Shown in pieces: positions 30,701-40,162 of a DNA stretch of 64,000 bases; the first letter of the stretch is position 1, and each line of letters starts with the position of its first letter. The stretch comes from a virus (lineage: Duplodnaviria > Caudoviricetes). The translations under genes and the position numbers were made by a program. A model generated the notes under the pieces. It was not told the origin of the DNA, did no database searches, and saw only the letters and a program-made list of their open reading frames with translations. The DNA is taken from IMG/VR virus record IMGVR_UViG_3300027234_000002, positions 4,470-68,469 of that record. One strand, given 5' to 3'.

Positions 30701-31746
30701 ATTTCAATAATGTATTTGACAATACTCCTAAGAAGATTATTAAGATGAAGAAGATTCCAGGTAATTTCTTGATAGATGAACTAGAAATAGACTTAAGAGT
30801 AGTAGGTCCTAAGGTATTTTCATTTATAGGTATAAACAATAAGAATAAGCCTGCAGAATATCAAAATAATATTCACAGAGGATGGCTAGATTTATATCAT
30901 AGTGATGAGACTAGAGATTTAGCAATAGATTTGGCCAGATATGCATTTACTCAATCAGGATTTCAACCAAATCTTAACCAGTTCTACACATATATCCCTC
31001 AGGAAATAATGACTGATTTGGGTATGAACAGAGATGTTAATAAGATGTTTGGGTTCTTGAAAATAAATGTATCTGACCTGAATTTATTAGATCAGATTGC
31101 TAGACACAATGCTGATAATCCTAGCATTGTCCCAACTGTATTTAAATTACCAGAAGGAATGTCTATAGCGGATATGAATGCTGGGTTCACTATAAGGCAA
31201 GATATCTTTGAAGAAATGATAGGTAAATCTAAAGTTGATACTCAATACATGTCTATTGTTATTGGTGGTTTTACTTACTTGTTTAAAAGGGCTGATGATA
31301 TTTACGGGAGTGAAGGTAGAGATGGTGATGAAGGTGATCATATTAACTGGATTAGAGTATCTAAATTAGGACACACTTCAGGAAAAAATAAAATATCTGA
31401 ATATGCTATGGGTCAGGAAATTAAATCCTCAGTTTTGGATGTTAACAATTTTAGCCCTACATTGCAAGGTCAAATAAAAGAGAAGCTTAATTCATTTCAA
31501 TCTAGAGATGATGTAAATGTAGAAGCTATTGAGTCTTCAGAAGAGAGCTCACAGATTGTAAATGAGATGGAAGACGCTCAAGCTTATTCATTAAAAAGTA
31601 GTGCATTCTTTGACGATGCTTCTGCAGATGTAACTCCTGATGGAGACTATATTGATGAGTCTAAGATAATGAGTATGGAAGAATTATTAAGTAAATTGCC
31701 TCAACTTAAAAAAGATGGGGATATAACAGATAAAGGTTGTGAATAA
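24757..31746 (+). CDS. Virion-packaged single-subunit double-psi-beta-barrel RNA polymerase (phi14:2 gp66-like)
   Basis: GSDFDIDK catalytic loop (29422-29436), GYRIPNQGMSS, D..KR..A, TDAQAWIT, L.QQD.P and N..VD.AKDP motifs. Confidence 0.9.
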   Translation: MSTCKILNDANGKDSSLFPQLLVAFNDNFDQAKDAYDRIISEPFMNKFGDWKKNYNNVEDQVPMGKTLPSGEPELFKNPVTKKYYFELADGTRMPLKDGFRQNFSPEEVQDVTDFLLYVYVEEGGAKSLNKFQSQNKDKSSVESLVKRAVERYKGGVEASFLNEELSQEDADILLNNIDRVEEFSEEFADKLIYAVEALGEKITSVEELEVAKEDNEKGGGLNMIEYATVNPKASATINTKILLSQITNVKDDIGYSDVEVFLNDEGYYSFVNPATDEFMAEDTRITDEREADAYSLKLSKTKQRVTTNNMSDFLNVPRFVSLNEIWETLFPRLSDTVTTVGPSGIENAYMKMRAELEKLSIAKPWAKELLKKLTELSQNDRYKVYEFVQAFSKTKINYYVTEVNPKSNQFKVINATSTNSRESQIISEWGIVFKEKFLPTSLTLTNDNKKKVLAVGENIKQISESFNNGVKLLNEDKLSTDDLYTEIAESLTAEMHNLGMTSVIPEDVNYYIKANGGTPEMNTAVRDLIKGLLFTVNQHIGQKANFNSADGLFNPFKEEAVVKKFAEAVSLRMIDIGESSILANNNKNYFAYANPTYISNKLNEWKANPEELQELARLPYNTNSGWIRHLAAFDIKDKDARLKKSNERLEKFKSGVASSYKSVGKNDGVDNTKISFEDQLNDNINKLLGGKLKGGKSYFPSIVAADKSRRVEFEGIKMFDSKITEIKGATRISDTSVSKLLDYFEDEYSRMIKVSEELDTLPRNMLIKHYHTGNVNGLKSQLFPEFNPGSSDPKLQDVMSILYDSKGRPIAPKGSTGLTPSQRDILTKHVKESLEKRVKDAKKLLEESATIDTRIKKAYNGNMTAIAGDYIMNGLISTVEYTKMFSGDPAYYKDGADLIKRIPATYTDGLQLYLEKDADLTFNAAIIDGVEVASKYVDKIKQSVKDKSIADAYERVNTTDAQAWITPNRWKFLKQGLGQWSPAHDSVFDKMMKGEELKKHELKLAAQPLKGVYFEINRGIPTYLKYSQAVLVPSMVNGTEMEKLYNKMTADPNNEIHEVITVDGIKVGALGPTSINKEGSTELLEEFDLNPSKLSNKGWKLQQDLPVKTMKKTDVGSQIQKNILDSLNKEDIYVDKNGNEIEGAVLLQRIHNAVSDLSNIGKEEISEELDIKDGKISNKDKLYNALIKEFKDRGGNENIIDALESRVALDAIPQIRGRVDSILMTMFKRKLIKIQTQGGSFIQVSPFGIQTVLGNEKKYITTEDILKEIPLDELKSSVNSRSLQEKIDNLDRESIEKAYNQAKAYRKLEENSNKKKELSELRDVLKSEKTTNIGDVLTITNDDNLSEYKAIVTDILEREDNVLLTIKTLKGKEYKITVNPDNSTKTGYVEGFVLNGSKSVYDSTLKKIELLKSDILKGKDVSDYWVDYFEKDALNDKIKKSGIKIISDNYNGEGLLPPRREPGVARTLPGQAMIPMSLAKELIKKNPKFSDISKITDAQWKELFNQKEAREIVGYRIPNQGMSSNDTLEVVGILPPEMGDSIIGYDGIPAKTGSDFDIDKMFIMVPSLVYNTESNRLETLTTDNKKFYKGKDSLEKAISQNVLIELYQDILQSEHTYDNMMRSIDSTLLKDDINLLHRESPATNLQLFDPIHQLEVKRNYMSGKTGVGLTANQLVDHVANQTLDVGIVGAIGLDGMTDKVNRLDQSKGTSAILSEFLNAYVDIAKDPYISRGNHNDVTANAVFMLIRSGVSLKTVNRLVGQPVLKEYVKLKKQSESISGKPILLNGKKVDPETYIRETYNIKPNYTNKETVSKIGKISTKEMQDNIINASKGAKTNNRIDAAIFNAFLYYDKIGREVTSATIAAKVDVNAGGLSPIELNVNIEKLTKAMDSETMFGYKDKFDKTAAGTYKANGLDWVKRILSNSDILLTGSTYYDQTLGNLNRHLGKGNYLTNLDMAKSLNNFYYSYLMSGTNMFKNNRSDFNNVFDNTPKKIIKMKKIPGNFLIDELEIDLRVVGPKVFSFIGINNKNKPAEYQNNIHRGWLDLYHSDETRDLAIDLARYAFTQSGFQPNLNQFYTYIPQEIMTDLGMNRDVNKMFGFLKINVSDLNLLDQIARHNADNPSIVPTVFKLPEGMSIADMNAGFTIRQDIFEEMIGKSKVDTQYMSIVIGGFTYLFKRADDIYGSEGRDGDEGDHINWIRVSKLGHTSGKNKISEYAMGQEIKSSVLDVNNFSPTLQGQIKEKLNSFQSRDDVNVEAIESSEESSQIVNEMEDAQAYSLKSSAFFDDASADVTPDGDYIDESKIMSMEELLSKLPQLKKDGDITDKGCE

Positions 31747-34700
31747 TGAGTTGTAAATTTGAATACAAAGGGAAAGAGTACAATAGTGAGAATGAACTTT
31801 TAAGTGTTCTTTCTACAGATCCTGATATCTTAAAGAAGTATAGTCCTAAGAATTTCTATAGGGGTGAAGCATACACAAAAGAAGATATCGAGCAGTTTGA
31901 TGCAAAAGCTGAACAACTGCAAAAGGCTATGAATGTTCAAATTGTTTTTGATGAGAATATTGATAATGCTCATGTTCTAGGAAAAAATGACCCAAAGACT
32001 AAAAAAGCAGGTAAGCCTGTTATTATGGTTAATCCAAACTCTCTATTCAGAGAAACTGCCATTCACGAATTTGGACACGTATTTGTTGATTCTTTACCCA
32101 ATGGTATTGAGAATACAAGAATAAAGAAAGCTTACGAACAATTGAAAGGAACTCAATTAGAGGCTGAAGTTAGAGAATTATATCCTGATTTAAATGAAGA
32201 GATGTTTATCAAGGAATTGATAACAACTGCTATTGGTAGAGAAGGTGCAGATATTTGGGATAATCAAGATGATGTTACTAGATGGCAGGTATTTAAAGAC
32301 TGGTTCTTAGGGTATCTTAATAGAACTTTTGGTATTCCAAGAGATGAAATCAAGGCCATGGCCAATGAGATTCTATCAGGTAAAGAAATTAAAGGTGATT
32401 TGACAATTGGGCTTTCAGAGAAGATTCAAGAGTTAGCTACCCCTACGGGGCAGCAAGAAGGCAAGCCAAAACAATCTAATACTACACAGAAAATTACTGA
32501 GATTGAGCAAACTTACAGAGGTCTATTAGCTAGGATTAATAGTGCTGTTACTGAATATTCCCCTAGTGATACTAAAGCTTGGAAGAGTGAAAAGACTGCT
32601 CAGCAATTGGGCCCAACAATGTATTCTAGGGTAAAAGATGCTGAGAAAGAATTACTAGAGTTATACAATACTGATCAAAAGCTAGGTCTATATAAATATG
32701 TAGAATGGGTTGAGAAAGAATTGACATCACTAGAAAAAACTATTGAGCAAAGTAAGAATGGAGTTTCAATGAAAAATAATCAACTAGTAAAAATAGCTAG
32801 ATGGGATTATGCATTTGAAACTGTCGATGATATTCAATCACTTATGGTATCTATGGAAAGAGATGGTGAAATATCTCCTGAAGATGCTAAAGATATCTCT
32901 GACAAAATGAGAGATGTTCAGGGAAGAAGAGCTGCAGCAAATAAAGAGATTCTTAATATTCAGAGAAAAAGATATGTGTCATTTATATCTGCCAATGATA
33001 ATTCTGTTGAGCAGGAGTATATTGACGGATATATAAAAGAATATAATGATTTAAAATTAGAAGAATCTGGTAAAACTCTTGAGGAGCACATTTATGAGAA
33101 CTTACAAAATGATAAGTATGAAATTAGAAGTGAGACTAAGTCAAGAATTGAGGTTAGAGCTTTAGAGTTAGATTATGACTTAGATACAATGGCTGCTAAT
33201 TTCTACAGTGAAAAGAATGCAAACTCTAAAGATATTCAGATACTATCTAAAGTTGTGGACGGAGTTGATACTACTATAAAAAAGTTCTCTGAATCTGAGG
33301 CTGGTGTATTTGATGCTGAGCATAAGAAATTCTTAGAGGATGTTAGTAAGTCTAACAATATGGAGAAGAAGTATGAGAATATGTACACTGTATCTGAAAA
33401 TGGTGACCATTATTTTACTTCCAGGTATAAGCCTGATTTCATAGAGGCTCATAATAAATTAAAAGGAGATATATATAAGGCTCAGGATGGCCAGATGTAT
33501 CAAGATATAGAACTCACTAAAAGTAAAGATGGCAAACTCTATTACAAAATAGAAGGGGCTAAAAATGCAAAAGGACTATATTTGGGACCTAAGGATAAAG
33601 TAAAAATTGAGCATGAAGATGGTTCAATGCATGTTACTGTAACAAAAGATGGGGCTACAGAAACTATGACAGTAGCTGAAGCTATTGCTACTTCTGAATT
33701 GGCTAAATGGGAGTTTGAAAATACTGAAAAGAATCAGAAGGGTGCTCGTGTAATTAAAGATAAATGGAAGAATGAAGCTTATGATAAATTATCATCTGCT
33801 CAATTGACTCATCTTCAATTCTTAAAAAAGAAAGCTAGACAAGCTGATGGCTTAACTGGTAATAATTCTAGATTAAGAAAAAATGAATATGGTGCAGAGT
33901 TTATTAAACTTCCAACCATGACAAAAACTTTTACTCAGAGAGTAACTTCTGGTGAAATCACTGGAGGATTTAGAGATATGCTTACTGATATAGGTAGAGT
34001 TAAGGCTGATGAATCTTTTGAATATGAGTCTGCTGAGGGTGTTAATGTTAAAGAAAGAAGATTTCAAGTTGTTACTGATATATCTAATACTATTCAACAG
34101 GGAGTGCCTGTAAAATTCCGAGGCAAATTAAAGGACTCTAATGAACAAAGTATAGATTTACACACAATCACATTAGCTAACCTTGCTGCTGCAAAAGAAC
34201 ACAAGGAAAAGAAGGAAATGGAGAAGACTTTCTTGATTATATTAGACGTAATGAAGAATAGAAAGGTTAAAGATGTTTCAGGCTCTAATAATACCTCTAA
34301 ATTACATAAGAATGTAAAGATTAAGAATGCAAATGGAGATATAATACAGCCTAATGTATACAAAAATAGAAATGATGGTGAATACAGAGATGTATTAAAA
34401 GCTATGGATATTCTTGAGAGAAGAATTTATGGTATTAAATCCAAGTATGCAGGAGAAATTGGAGGTAAGGATGTGAATAAGCTTACAAATACTTGGTTAA
34501 GATATTCCGGTATGACATCATTAGTTGGTAACTTTCCAAACTCTATTGTGAACTATACGGCAGGTAGTATTCAAATCTATATTGAGGCGTTAGGTGGTGA
34601 GCACTTTGGCGTTAAGGATTATCTTTCAGCTAGAAAAACCTATTGGGCAGATATGAGAAATATCTTAAATGACATGGGTAATAATGTTGACACTTCAAGA

Positions 34701-35804
34701 ACTAATCTATTTATGAACTTCCTGAATGTTACTGGTGAGAATAAAGTATTACAAAGTAACTTTGAGAATCAGAATAAAGTCAAGTCTTCATTCAATATGA
34801 GTAATCTTAGACCTATGGCAAAAGCTGGTGAACATATGATGCATGCTCAAACAATGTATGCTGTTATGAAAGGTATCAAAGTAATGGGCCCGCAAGGAAA
34901 ATTCATTGATAAGAATGGTAAAATTGTAAAGGATAAGAAGAAAGCAGCATCTCTTGACGAGATGATTCAATTTAAGCGTAATGAAAAGACTGGTGAAATA
35001 TCTATGACACTAAGTCCATTCGTCCAGTCAACAACATTTACCAGAACTGGGACTCAGGCAGATATATTAGTAGAGACTAGAAACCTTATTAAAAATAAGA
35101 TTATAGATTTACAAGGTAACTACGATCCTGAGATTGCAGCTGCTGCTCAAAAACATTTCTGGGGTAAATTATTATTCTTCTTAAGAAAATGGATGATACC
35201 TGCATATCAAAGAAGATGGAAAGGTTATTCAGAAATGAATAAAGAATTCGGAGAAGCTAATCAATTCTATTCTCAAGATCTAAAAGGTCATAAAGAAGGA
35301 TATTATGTAACTGCAGTTAGATTCTTTAAAAACATATTACTTCCTGCTATTAAAAAAATGGAATGGCAATTAGTTATTAAAGGAAAAGAAAGTATGAGTG
35401 CTATGGAAATTGCTAATGTAAGAAAAGCTTTATCTGAATTATCATTTATTGCATTAACATGGACCTCTTATACTTTATTAGATTTACAAGCTGAAGGAGA
35501 AGATGAAGATGAAACTCTTTGGACAAGATATATTTTAAGAAGACAACTTTCAGAGCTTTCATCTATACTAAATCCTATGGAAGCATACAAAATAGCCAAA
35601 ACACCTACAGCATCTATTGGTATGGCAAATAGAATATTTCAAGTGATTAGTCAGTCTGTAAGTCCTTATGAAGAATATCAGCAAGGACCCAAAAAAGGTA
35701 GAAATAAATTATGGGTTAAAACTTTAAAAGCTACTCCTATATTTTCTCAATTAGAAAAAGATATAGAAGATTCATTAAGTTTTCTTGAAGGAATGAGTTT
35801 TTAA
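31746..35804 (+). CDS. Large cargo protein with N-terminal zincin-like HEFGH metallopeptidase motif
   Basis: TAIHEFGH..EL.T.AIG; helical C-terminus typical of the gene following crAss RNAP. Confidence 0.7.
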   Translation: MSCKFEYKGKEYNSENELLSVLSTDPDILKKYSPKNFYRGEAYTKEDIEQFDAKAEQLQKAMNVQIVFDENIDNAHVLGKNDPKTKKAGKPVIMVNPNSLFRETAIHEFGHVFVDSLPNGIENTRIKKAYEQLKGTQLEAEVRELYPDLNEEMFIKELITTAIGREGADIWDNQDDVTRWQVFKDWFLGYLNRTFGIPRDEIKAMANEILSGKEIKGDLTIGLSEKIQELATPTGQQEGKPKQSNTTQKITEIEQTYRGLLARINSAVTEYSPSDTKAWKSEKTAQQLGPTMYSRVKDAEKELLELYNTDQKLGLYKYVEWVEKELTSLEKTIEQSKNGVSMKNNQLVKIARWDYAFETVDDIQSLMVSMERDGEISPEDAKDISDKMRDVQGRRAAANKEILNIQRKRYVSFISANDNSVEQEYIDGYIKEYNDLKLEESGKTLEEHIYENLQNDKYEIRSETKSRIEVRALELDYDLDTMAANFYSEKNANSKDIQILSKVVDGVDTTIKKFSESEAGVFDAEHKKFLEDVSKSNNMEKKYENMYTVSENGDHYFTSRYKPDFIEAHNKLKGDIYKAQDGQMYQDIELTKSKDGKLYYKIEGAKNAKGLYLGPKDKVKIEHEDGSMHVTVTKDGATETMTVAEAIATSELAKWEFENTEKNQKGARVIKDKWKNEAYDKLSSAQLTHLQFLKKKARQADGLTGNNSRLRKNEYGAEFIKLPTMTKTFTQRVTSGEITGGFRDMLTDIGRVKADESFEYESAEGVNVKERRFQVVTDISNTIQQGVPVKFRGKLKDSNEQSIDLHTITLANLAAAKEHKEKKEMEKTFLIILDVMKNRKVKDVSGSNNTSKLHKNVKIKNANGDIIQPNVYKNRNDGEYRDVLKAMDILERRIYGIKSKYAGEIGGKDVNKLTNTWLRYSGMTSLVGNFPNSIVNYTAGSIQIYIEALGGEHFGVKDYLSARKTYWADMRNILNDMGNNVDTSRTNLFMNFLNVTGENKVLQSNFENQNKVKSSFNMSNLRPMAKAGEHMMHAQTMYAVMKGIKVMGPQGKFIDKNGKIVKDKKKAASLDEMIQFKRNEKTGEISMTLSPFVQSTTFTRTGTQADILVETRNLIKNKIIDLQGNYDPEIAAAAQKHFWGKLLFFLRKWMIPAYQRRWKGYSEMNKEFGEANQFYSQDLKGHKEGYYVTAVRFFKNILLPAIKKMEWQLVIKGKESMSAMEIANVRKALSELSFIALTWTSYTLLDLQAEGEDEDETLWTRYILRRQLSELSSILNPMEAYKIAKTPTASIGMANRIFQVISQSVSPYEEYQQGPKKGRNKLWVKTLKATPIFSQLEKDIEDSLSFLEGMSF

Positions 35805-35842
35805 TCAAGACAGTTAAAAAAAAATTGCCAATAGGAAGCAAT

Positions 35843-35877
35843 AAAAAACCCTGTATAATTATTTTATACAGGGTTTT
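35843..35877. terminator. Bidirectional terminator between the convergent late (+) and early/middle (-) blocks
   Basis: AAAACCCTGTATAA/TTATACAGGGTTTT 14-bp stem at the strand switch. Confidence 0.85.
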
Positions 35878-35918
35878 ATCAACATAACATATTAATCAAA
35901 TCACTAATTAATATATTG

Positions 35919-36218
35919 TTATACCTTATCTTTCATTTTAAGGTACATTTTTTCATAGGTAATATCAATTAAGGCAGAATATTTTTTAACCTCTTTTATT
36001 TCACTCTGGTCAAAAAGCTCCTCACTTACTGCGAGAAATTTCTCACCTCTTTGCTTGAATACCTTTACTTTATTGTTTTGAGAAGCCTGAGCTGCTGCAT
36101 ATACATAGAATCCATGTTTGTTACAAAATGACATAGCTTTAACATTTCTGTCAAGAAATCTTCTTTCAATGTCAGCTTCTTCCTTTTTTTCAGCTAGTCT
36201 TTTTTGTCTAATACTCAT
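35919..36218 (-). CDS. Hypothetical protein
   Basis: 99-aa ORF co-directional with its neighbours, AT-rich start context. Confidence 0.55.
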   Translation of the reverse strand: MSIRQKRLAEKKEEADIERRFLDRNVKAMSFCNKHGFYVYAAAQASQNNKVKVFKQRGEKFLAVSEELFDQSEIKEVKKYSALIDITYEKMYLKMKDKV

Positions 36219-36229
36219 GGTGTATATTT

Positions 36230-36652
36230 TTAAATTTTAGCAGTAAATGGACTCTTTAAAAACTCAGTTATCTTCTCATTTAGATCTGGATGATTATTGT
36301 CATACATTTCTTTTGTTGCATACGTTGAGGATACAGGCTCCAAATACTTGTCGTTAATATAGAAAAACTTTCTTGTTTTAAGAAATTTTGTTATAGCTTT
36401 TCCATAATAATCATGACCTTTTAATGTTAAAGGCACTAAAGCCTTTTTATTTCCTCCAAATATAGACTCTATAATTATAAAATTAGTGACATCTAATATT
36501 TTTAAAGATTTATTTCTATCATTACGACCATAAGATTCATACTTATGATCAAATCCATTTTCATCTTGATAAAAATCTTTTCTGAATTGATTGTTAATTT
36601 TGCAGTAATCACCTACCTGCACTTCTTTTTTTTGTTTTCTTCTTAATTCCAT
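36230..36652 (-). CDS. Hypothetical protein
   Basis: 140-aa ORF. Confidence 0.55.
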   Translation of the reverse strand: MELRRKQKKEVQVGDYCKINNQFRKDFYQDENGFDHKYESYGRNDRNKSLKILDVTNFIIIESIFGGNKKALVPLTLKGHDYYGKAITKFLKTRKFFYINDKYLEPVSSTYATKEMYDNNHPDLNEKITEFLKSPFTAKI

Positions 36653-36690
36653 GATTTGATAATTATTGTTATTGTTAATAATAAATTAGT

Positions 36691-36720
36691 TATTATAGGG
36701 AGATTTATCTCCCCATAATA
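36691..36720 (-). terminator. Stem-loop, possible terminator
   Basis: TATTATGGGGAGA/TCTCCCTATAATA; a G-U pair favours the - strand; poor U-tract. Confidence 0.45.
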
Positions 36721-36722
36721 TT

Positions 36723-37241
36723 TTAACGCCCATCATATATAAAGTCATCTGCTTTATAAGACATAATTTTAAGGTGATTCATAAAAACCTCCTTCTTCTT
36801 CTCTGGTAAAGTTGATGTTACTTTACTATTGCTATCGAGTATTTGTATTATTTTATTTAAATTAGCTACTCCTTTCTTCCTCAACTCACTTACAATTAGT
36901 TTCTTATGGTTAGGGTCAATTTTCTTTAACTCTCCCGCAAACATTCTAATTCTAGAGTCACTAATACTCTTTGGTAATCTAAATTTAAATAACACTTTAT
37001 CTCCATAGTCTTGATGTCCCTCAAATAAATGGTGTTCCATAATGAGCCCTTCAAATTTAAGGAACTCAGGACTACTACTCCAATTATATAAAACACAAAA
37101 TAATTCATCATTATCTTTAAATGAACAATAAGAATTCAATAAATTTTCTTTAAATTTAAATTCTACTTGCTCATCCAAGATTGGTAATAAATAAGTCTTG
37201 CTTTTATTAGGAACTATTGATATTCTTACTTCATTTTTCAT
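36723..37241 (-). CDS. Hypothetical protein conserved in crAss-like phages
   Basis: NKSKTYLLP N-terminal motif; 172 aa. Confidence 0.5.
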   Translation of the reverse strand: MKNEVRISIVPNKSKTYLLPILDEQVEFKFKENLLNSYCSFKDNDELFCVLYNWSSSPEFLKFEGLIMEHHLFEGHQDYGDKVLFKFRLPKSISDSRIRMFAGELKKIDPNHKKLIVSELRKKGVANLNKIIQILDSNSKVTSTLPEKKKEVFMNHLKIMSYKADDFIYDGR

Positions 37242-38326
37242 CTACAAATGGATTTTTTATCAATTACTATTCTACCTTTTACCTGTAGCTCTTCTTCTAT
37301 GTAGTTGCAAAATCCATCTTCAACACACCCATAATAATCTTCTAAAAGGGAATGAACTCCTCTAAAGTTATATCCATGAATGTCTGTAAACCCATCCAAA
37401 GCAGCTTGATGCATTTCATCATCTACTATAAACACCAATGGTTTAAAAGGATTTAGTTTAGATATGTAAACAAATTCGAATGGTTGGACTGTATATTCCA
37501 TCAACTCAAAGTCTTCTGATATAATAGTTTTCAAGGCTTCTCTATATAAAGCTCCTTGAATATAATATCTGTATCCAGTATAAGATTGAGGAAAATTCTT
37601 TGCAGGAATTTCACCAGTTTTAAGGTCAACAGGTATTACAAGTTTTAAAGCATGATTAATTATTAAACAATCAAGCATACCCTTACATCTTCTTCCATTA
37701 ACTTTTGTATCAAACTTATATTGATATATTATCTCTATATCTTTCACATTCTTAGCAAAGTATTTTGCTGTGAAAAAATGAGTCTCTAAAGTTTTAACAA
37801 CCTCTAATGCTAAAGCCCACATTTCAGGCTTGATTAACATCTTACCTGATGATTGTATTTTATCTTTAAAATAATCCTGACTTGATGCAAATATTCTATC
37901 AAACTTAACATCGTCAGATAGACTTGTTAACACTTTATTTGCTATACATCCATTTATTACTTTCTGCTTGTAATCCTTAAGTGATGAACTAGTTTTGCCT
38001 ATCTTTCTTTTAAGCTCTCCTATTCCTGAGCTAGGTTTCTTTTTGCTACTGTTCAATACTGAATCAATTACTCCATCTACTACTTTCTTATGTGTAGAAG
38101 TTGGGACTTTTACTGCGTTACCCTTATAGAATAAATCTTTTACTCTATGTGGTTCAAAACACATTACATCTACCAAACTTCCAAACTTAAGATTTAAATT
38201 CATCTTATCTCCCTTTATTACATCAACTCCATGCTGCTCTATTGAAGATAGCATAGAATATGAAGGGAGTTCTAAGTCTCTGTACTGTTGTTCCGTCAAC
38301 TTAAGGTTGTGATCATTAATTGCCAT
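37238..38326 (-). CDS. PD-(D/E)XK exonuclease (RecB/Cas4-like)
   Basis: SYSML, FGS.VD, CKG.LD....VDLKT and Y..Q.ALY motifs. Confidence 0.8.
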   Translation of the reverse strand: MAINDHNLKLTEQQYRDLELPSYSMLSSIEQHGVDVIKGDKMNLNLKFGSLVDVMCFEPHRVKDLFYKGNAVKVPTSTHKKVVDGVIDSVLNSSKKKPSSGIGELKRKIGKTSSSLKDYKQKVINGCIANKVLTSLSDDVKFDRIFASSQDYFKDKIQSSGKMLIKPEMWALALEVVKTLETHFFTAKYFAKNVKDIEIIYQYKFDTKVNGRRCKGMLDCLIINHALKLVIPVDLKTGEIPAKNFPQSYTGYRYYIQGALYREALKTIISEDFELMEYTVQPFEFVYISKLNPFKPLVFIVDDEMHQAALDGFTDIHGYNFRGVHSLLEDYYGCVEDGFCNYIEEELQVKGRIVIDKKSICR

Positions 38327-38329
38327 TTA

Positions 38330-38539
38330 TCATGTATCTCTATTTTTTAATGAATCCTTGATATTATCTAAAGCAAGATTATATCCGAAATTAATAGCAA
38401 ATTGCATTAACAAGATATCATTTGAACCTTTATTTGCAATTGCAAAATCTTCCAAGTAACCTCTTGATGGAGTTGCAACAATTGCTCTATCTAACATTTC
38501 TTTCTCTTTCTTTATGAAATCTTCTACTTTTTTACTCAT
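38330..38539 (-). CDS. Hypothetical protein
   Basis: 69-aa ORF in an operon-like run. Confidence 0.5.
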   Translation of the reverse strand: MSKKVEDFIKKEKEMLDRAIVATPSRGYLEDFAIANKGSNDILLMQFAINFGYNLALDNIKDSLKNRDT

Positions 38540-38550
38540 AATTTTAAATT

Positions 38551-39384
38551 TTAAAATATATATCTAATTGTGTTTAAGTTAAAAAATTCAGTGTATTCAC
38601 TTTTAAATACTTGAATTGCTTTTGACTTATACTCTAAAGGGTATCTCATAACACCCATTTTATTCTTAACTTGATTAGATTTAAACATCATTTCTGATGC
38701 TAATCCATTTACTCTCTCCATTTGATTTGGATGATTAGTTAAGAATATTACCTCACATTTATTTATTCCTGCTATGTTTTTTACTTGACTAAATAAGTTT
38801 CTATACTCTGTTCTAAAGTTCTTGTAAATAATAACTGGTGAATAATTAATGTGTACTTCCCAACCTAGCTTTTTTAATCTTTCTATATCTTTTATTCTAG
38901 ATTCTATGCTTTGCATTTTTGGCTCTAAAATATTAGAATATTCTTGAGGCATAAGACTAACTCTAACTCTTGGTTTTTTATTAAAATAATTAACATCTAA
39001 CTTTAATAAACTAGGATATTTAGTAGCCATAGTTGTATTAATTTCAGGATGATCGTCATACATTTTAAGATAATCTATAAGAGGTATAGGACAATGTTTC
39101 TGCATAAGAACTAAATCTGTATTACATGCTACATCTACCATTTTATAGATAGGGTCTTGTTGGTCAGGAACTTTAACATAGTCCTTAGCCCATTGAAAAA
39201 CAGAACTTACAATTTCCATTACATTTTGATTGACAAAAATTCTTTTTCCATTATGCCTTGACATATAACAATATGTGCTAACACATCCTCCAAAACATCC
39301 GTAAATTAGATTAGGAGCAATTGCATTAGCACTATTATTATTTGGCTTTGTAACCAAGGTTTTGGTTGTTTGATATTTAATCAT
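38551..39384 (-). CDS. Spore photoproduct lyase-like radical SAM protein
   Basis: GCFGGCVSTYCY cluster motif; D.ACN.D, F.TK, R.R.SL.P, R......L...G..VH.NYSPVI, E.IFLTNH and YP motifs of the SplB family. Confidence 0.8.
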   Translation of the reverse strand: MIKYQTTKTLVTKPNNNSANAIAPNLIYGCFGGCVSTYCYMSRHNGKRIFVNQNVMEIVSSVFQWAKDYVKVPDQQDPIYKMVDVACNTDLVLMQKHCPIPLIDYLKMYDDHPEINTTMATKYPSLLKLDVNYFNKKPRVRVSLMPQEYSNILEPKMQSIESRIKDIERLKKLGWEVHINYSPVIIYKNFRTEYRNLFSQVKNIAGINKCEVIFLTNHPNQMERVNGLASEMMFKSNQVKNKMGVMRYPLEYKSKAIQVFKSEYTEFFNLNTIRYIF

Positions 39385-39673
39385 CGAACATATGGTATTG
39401 AGAAGGGTCTACATAGTCTTCAGGATATATTCCATGAATGGAACATTCTTTTCCATTCTTATCTTCATACTGAATAACATATGATTCACAACTACATATT
39501 TCTTTTTGATCATTTAATGTTTCAGCCAAAGTGATTGCCTTCTGTCTAAATCCATATCGGACATAAACTACGTCAACTTTTCTTTTATCTTCTATCATTT
39601 TTCTCTCCCTAGATTCTTTAATCTGTTGTGGAGTTAATTTTACAGTCATACTCAAAAGATTTTTATCCAACAA
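39377..39673 (-). CDS. Hypothetical protein
   Basis: 98-aa ORF overlapping both neighbours. Confidence 0.5.
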   Translation of the reverse strand: MLDKNLLSMTVKLTPQQIKESRERKMIEDKRKVDVVYVRYGFRQKAITLAETLNDQKEICSCESYVIQYEDKNGKECSIHGIYPEDYVDPSQYHMFDD

Positions 39674-40161
39674 CCTGGAGCATTTTTGTCAACACTATAA
39701 AGTGGAAATGCTCTTGGGTTAGATTCTGTTATTAATTTACCATCTACACTCATGGGTACAGGAAATACATACTTGACATTATCATCTTCAATAAAGTCAT
39801 GAGCAGTCATCAAATCTTGAATTAACTCTACACTATTACTGAAATCAAATAATCTTTTACTATTTCTCACTTGGTGATATCCTATTATTAATGGATCACC
39901 CTTACCCAATCTCATTTGTGCAAACTTTGCACGAAATGCTTCAAATTGATTAGGCCTAGTTAAGTCTACATATCCTTTAACTTCTTTCTTACGAGAGTTA
40001 AATTTCTGTATTCCTATAGACCTTAAAAATTTGTTAACAGTAGGGGAACTGAATATTCCCCTTGCTGTTTTCACCTTACTATTCTTCAAACTTGGTATAT
40101 TTCCCGGTATGAAAATCATTTGCTCACTTGGATCTAATGTGCTCTTTCTTTCTATATCCAT
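39652..40161 (-). CDS. RusA-like Holliday junction resolvase (likely start ATG 40161)
   Basis: FIPGN.PS.KN, R.FD..N....IQDL......I.DDN and VDK..PG..I motifs. Confidence 0.7.
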   Translation of the reverse strand: MDIERKSTLDPSEQMIFIPGNIPSLKNSKVKTARGIFSSPTVNKFLRSIGIQKFNSRKKEVKGYVDLTRPNQFEAFRAKFAQMRLGKGDPLIIGYHQVRNSKRLFDFSNSVELIQDLMTAHDFIEDDNVKYVFPVPMSVDGKLITESNPRAFPLYSVDKNAPGCWIKIF

Positions 40162-40162
40162 A

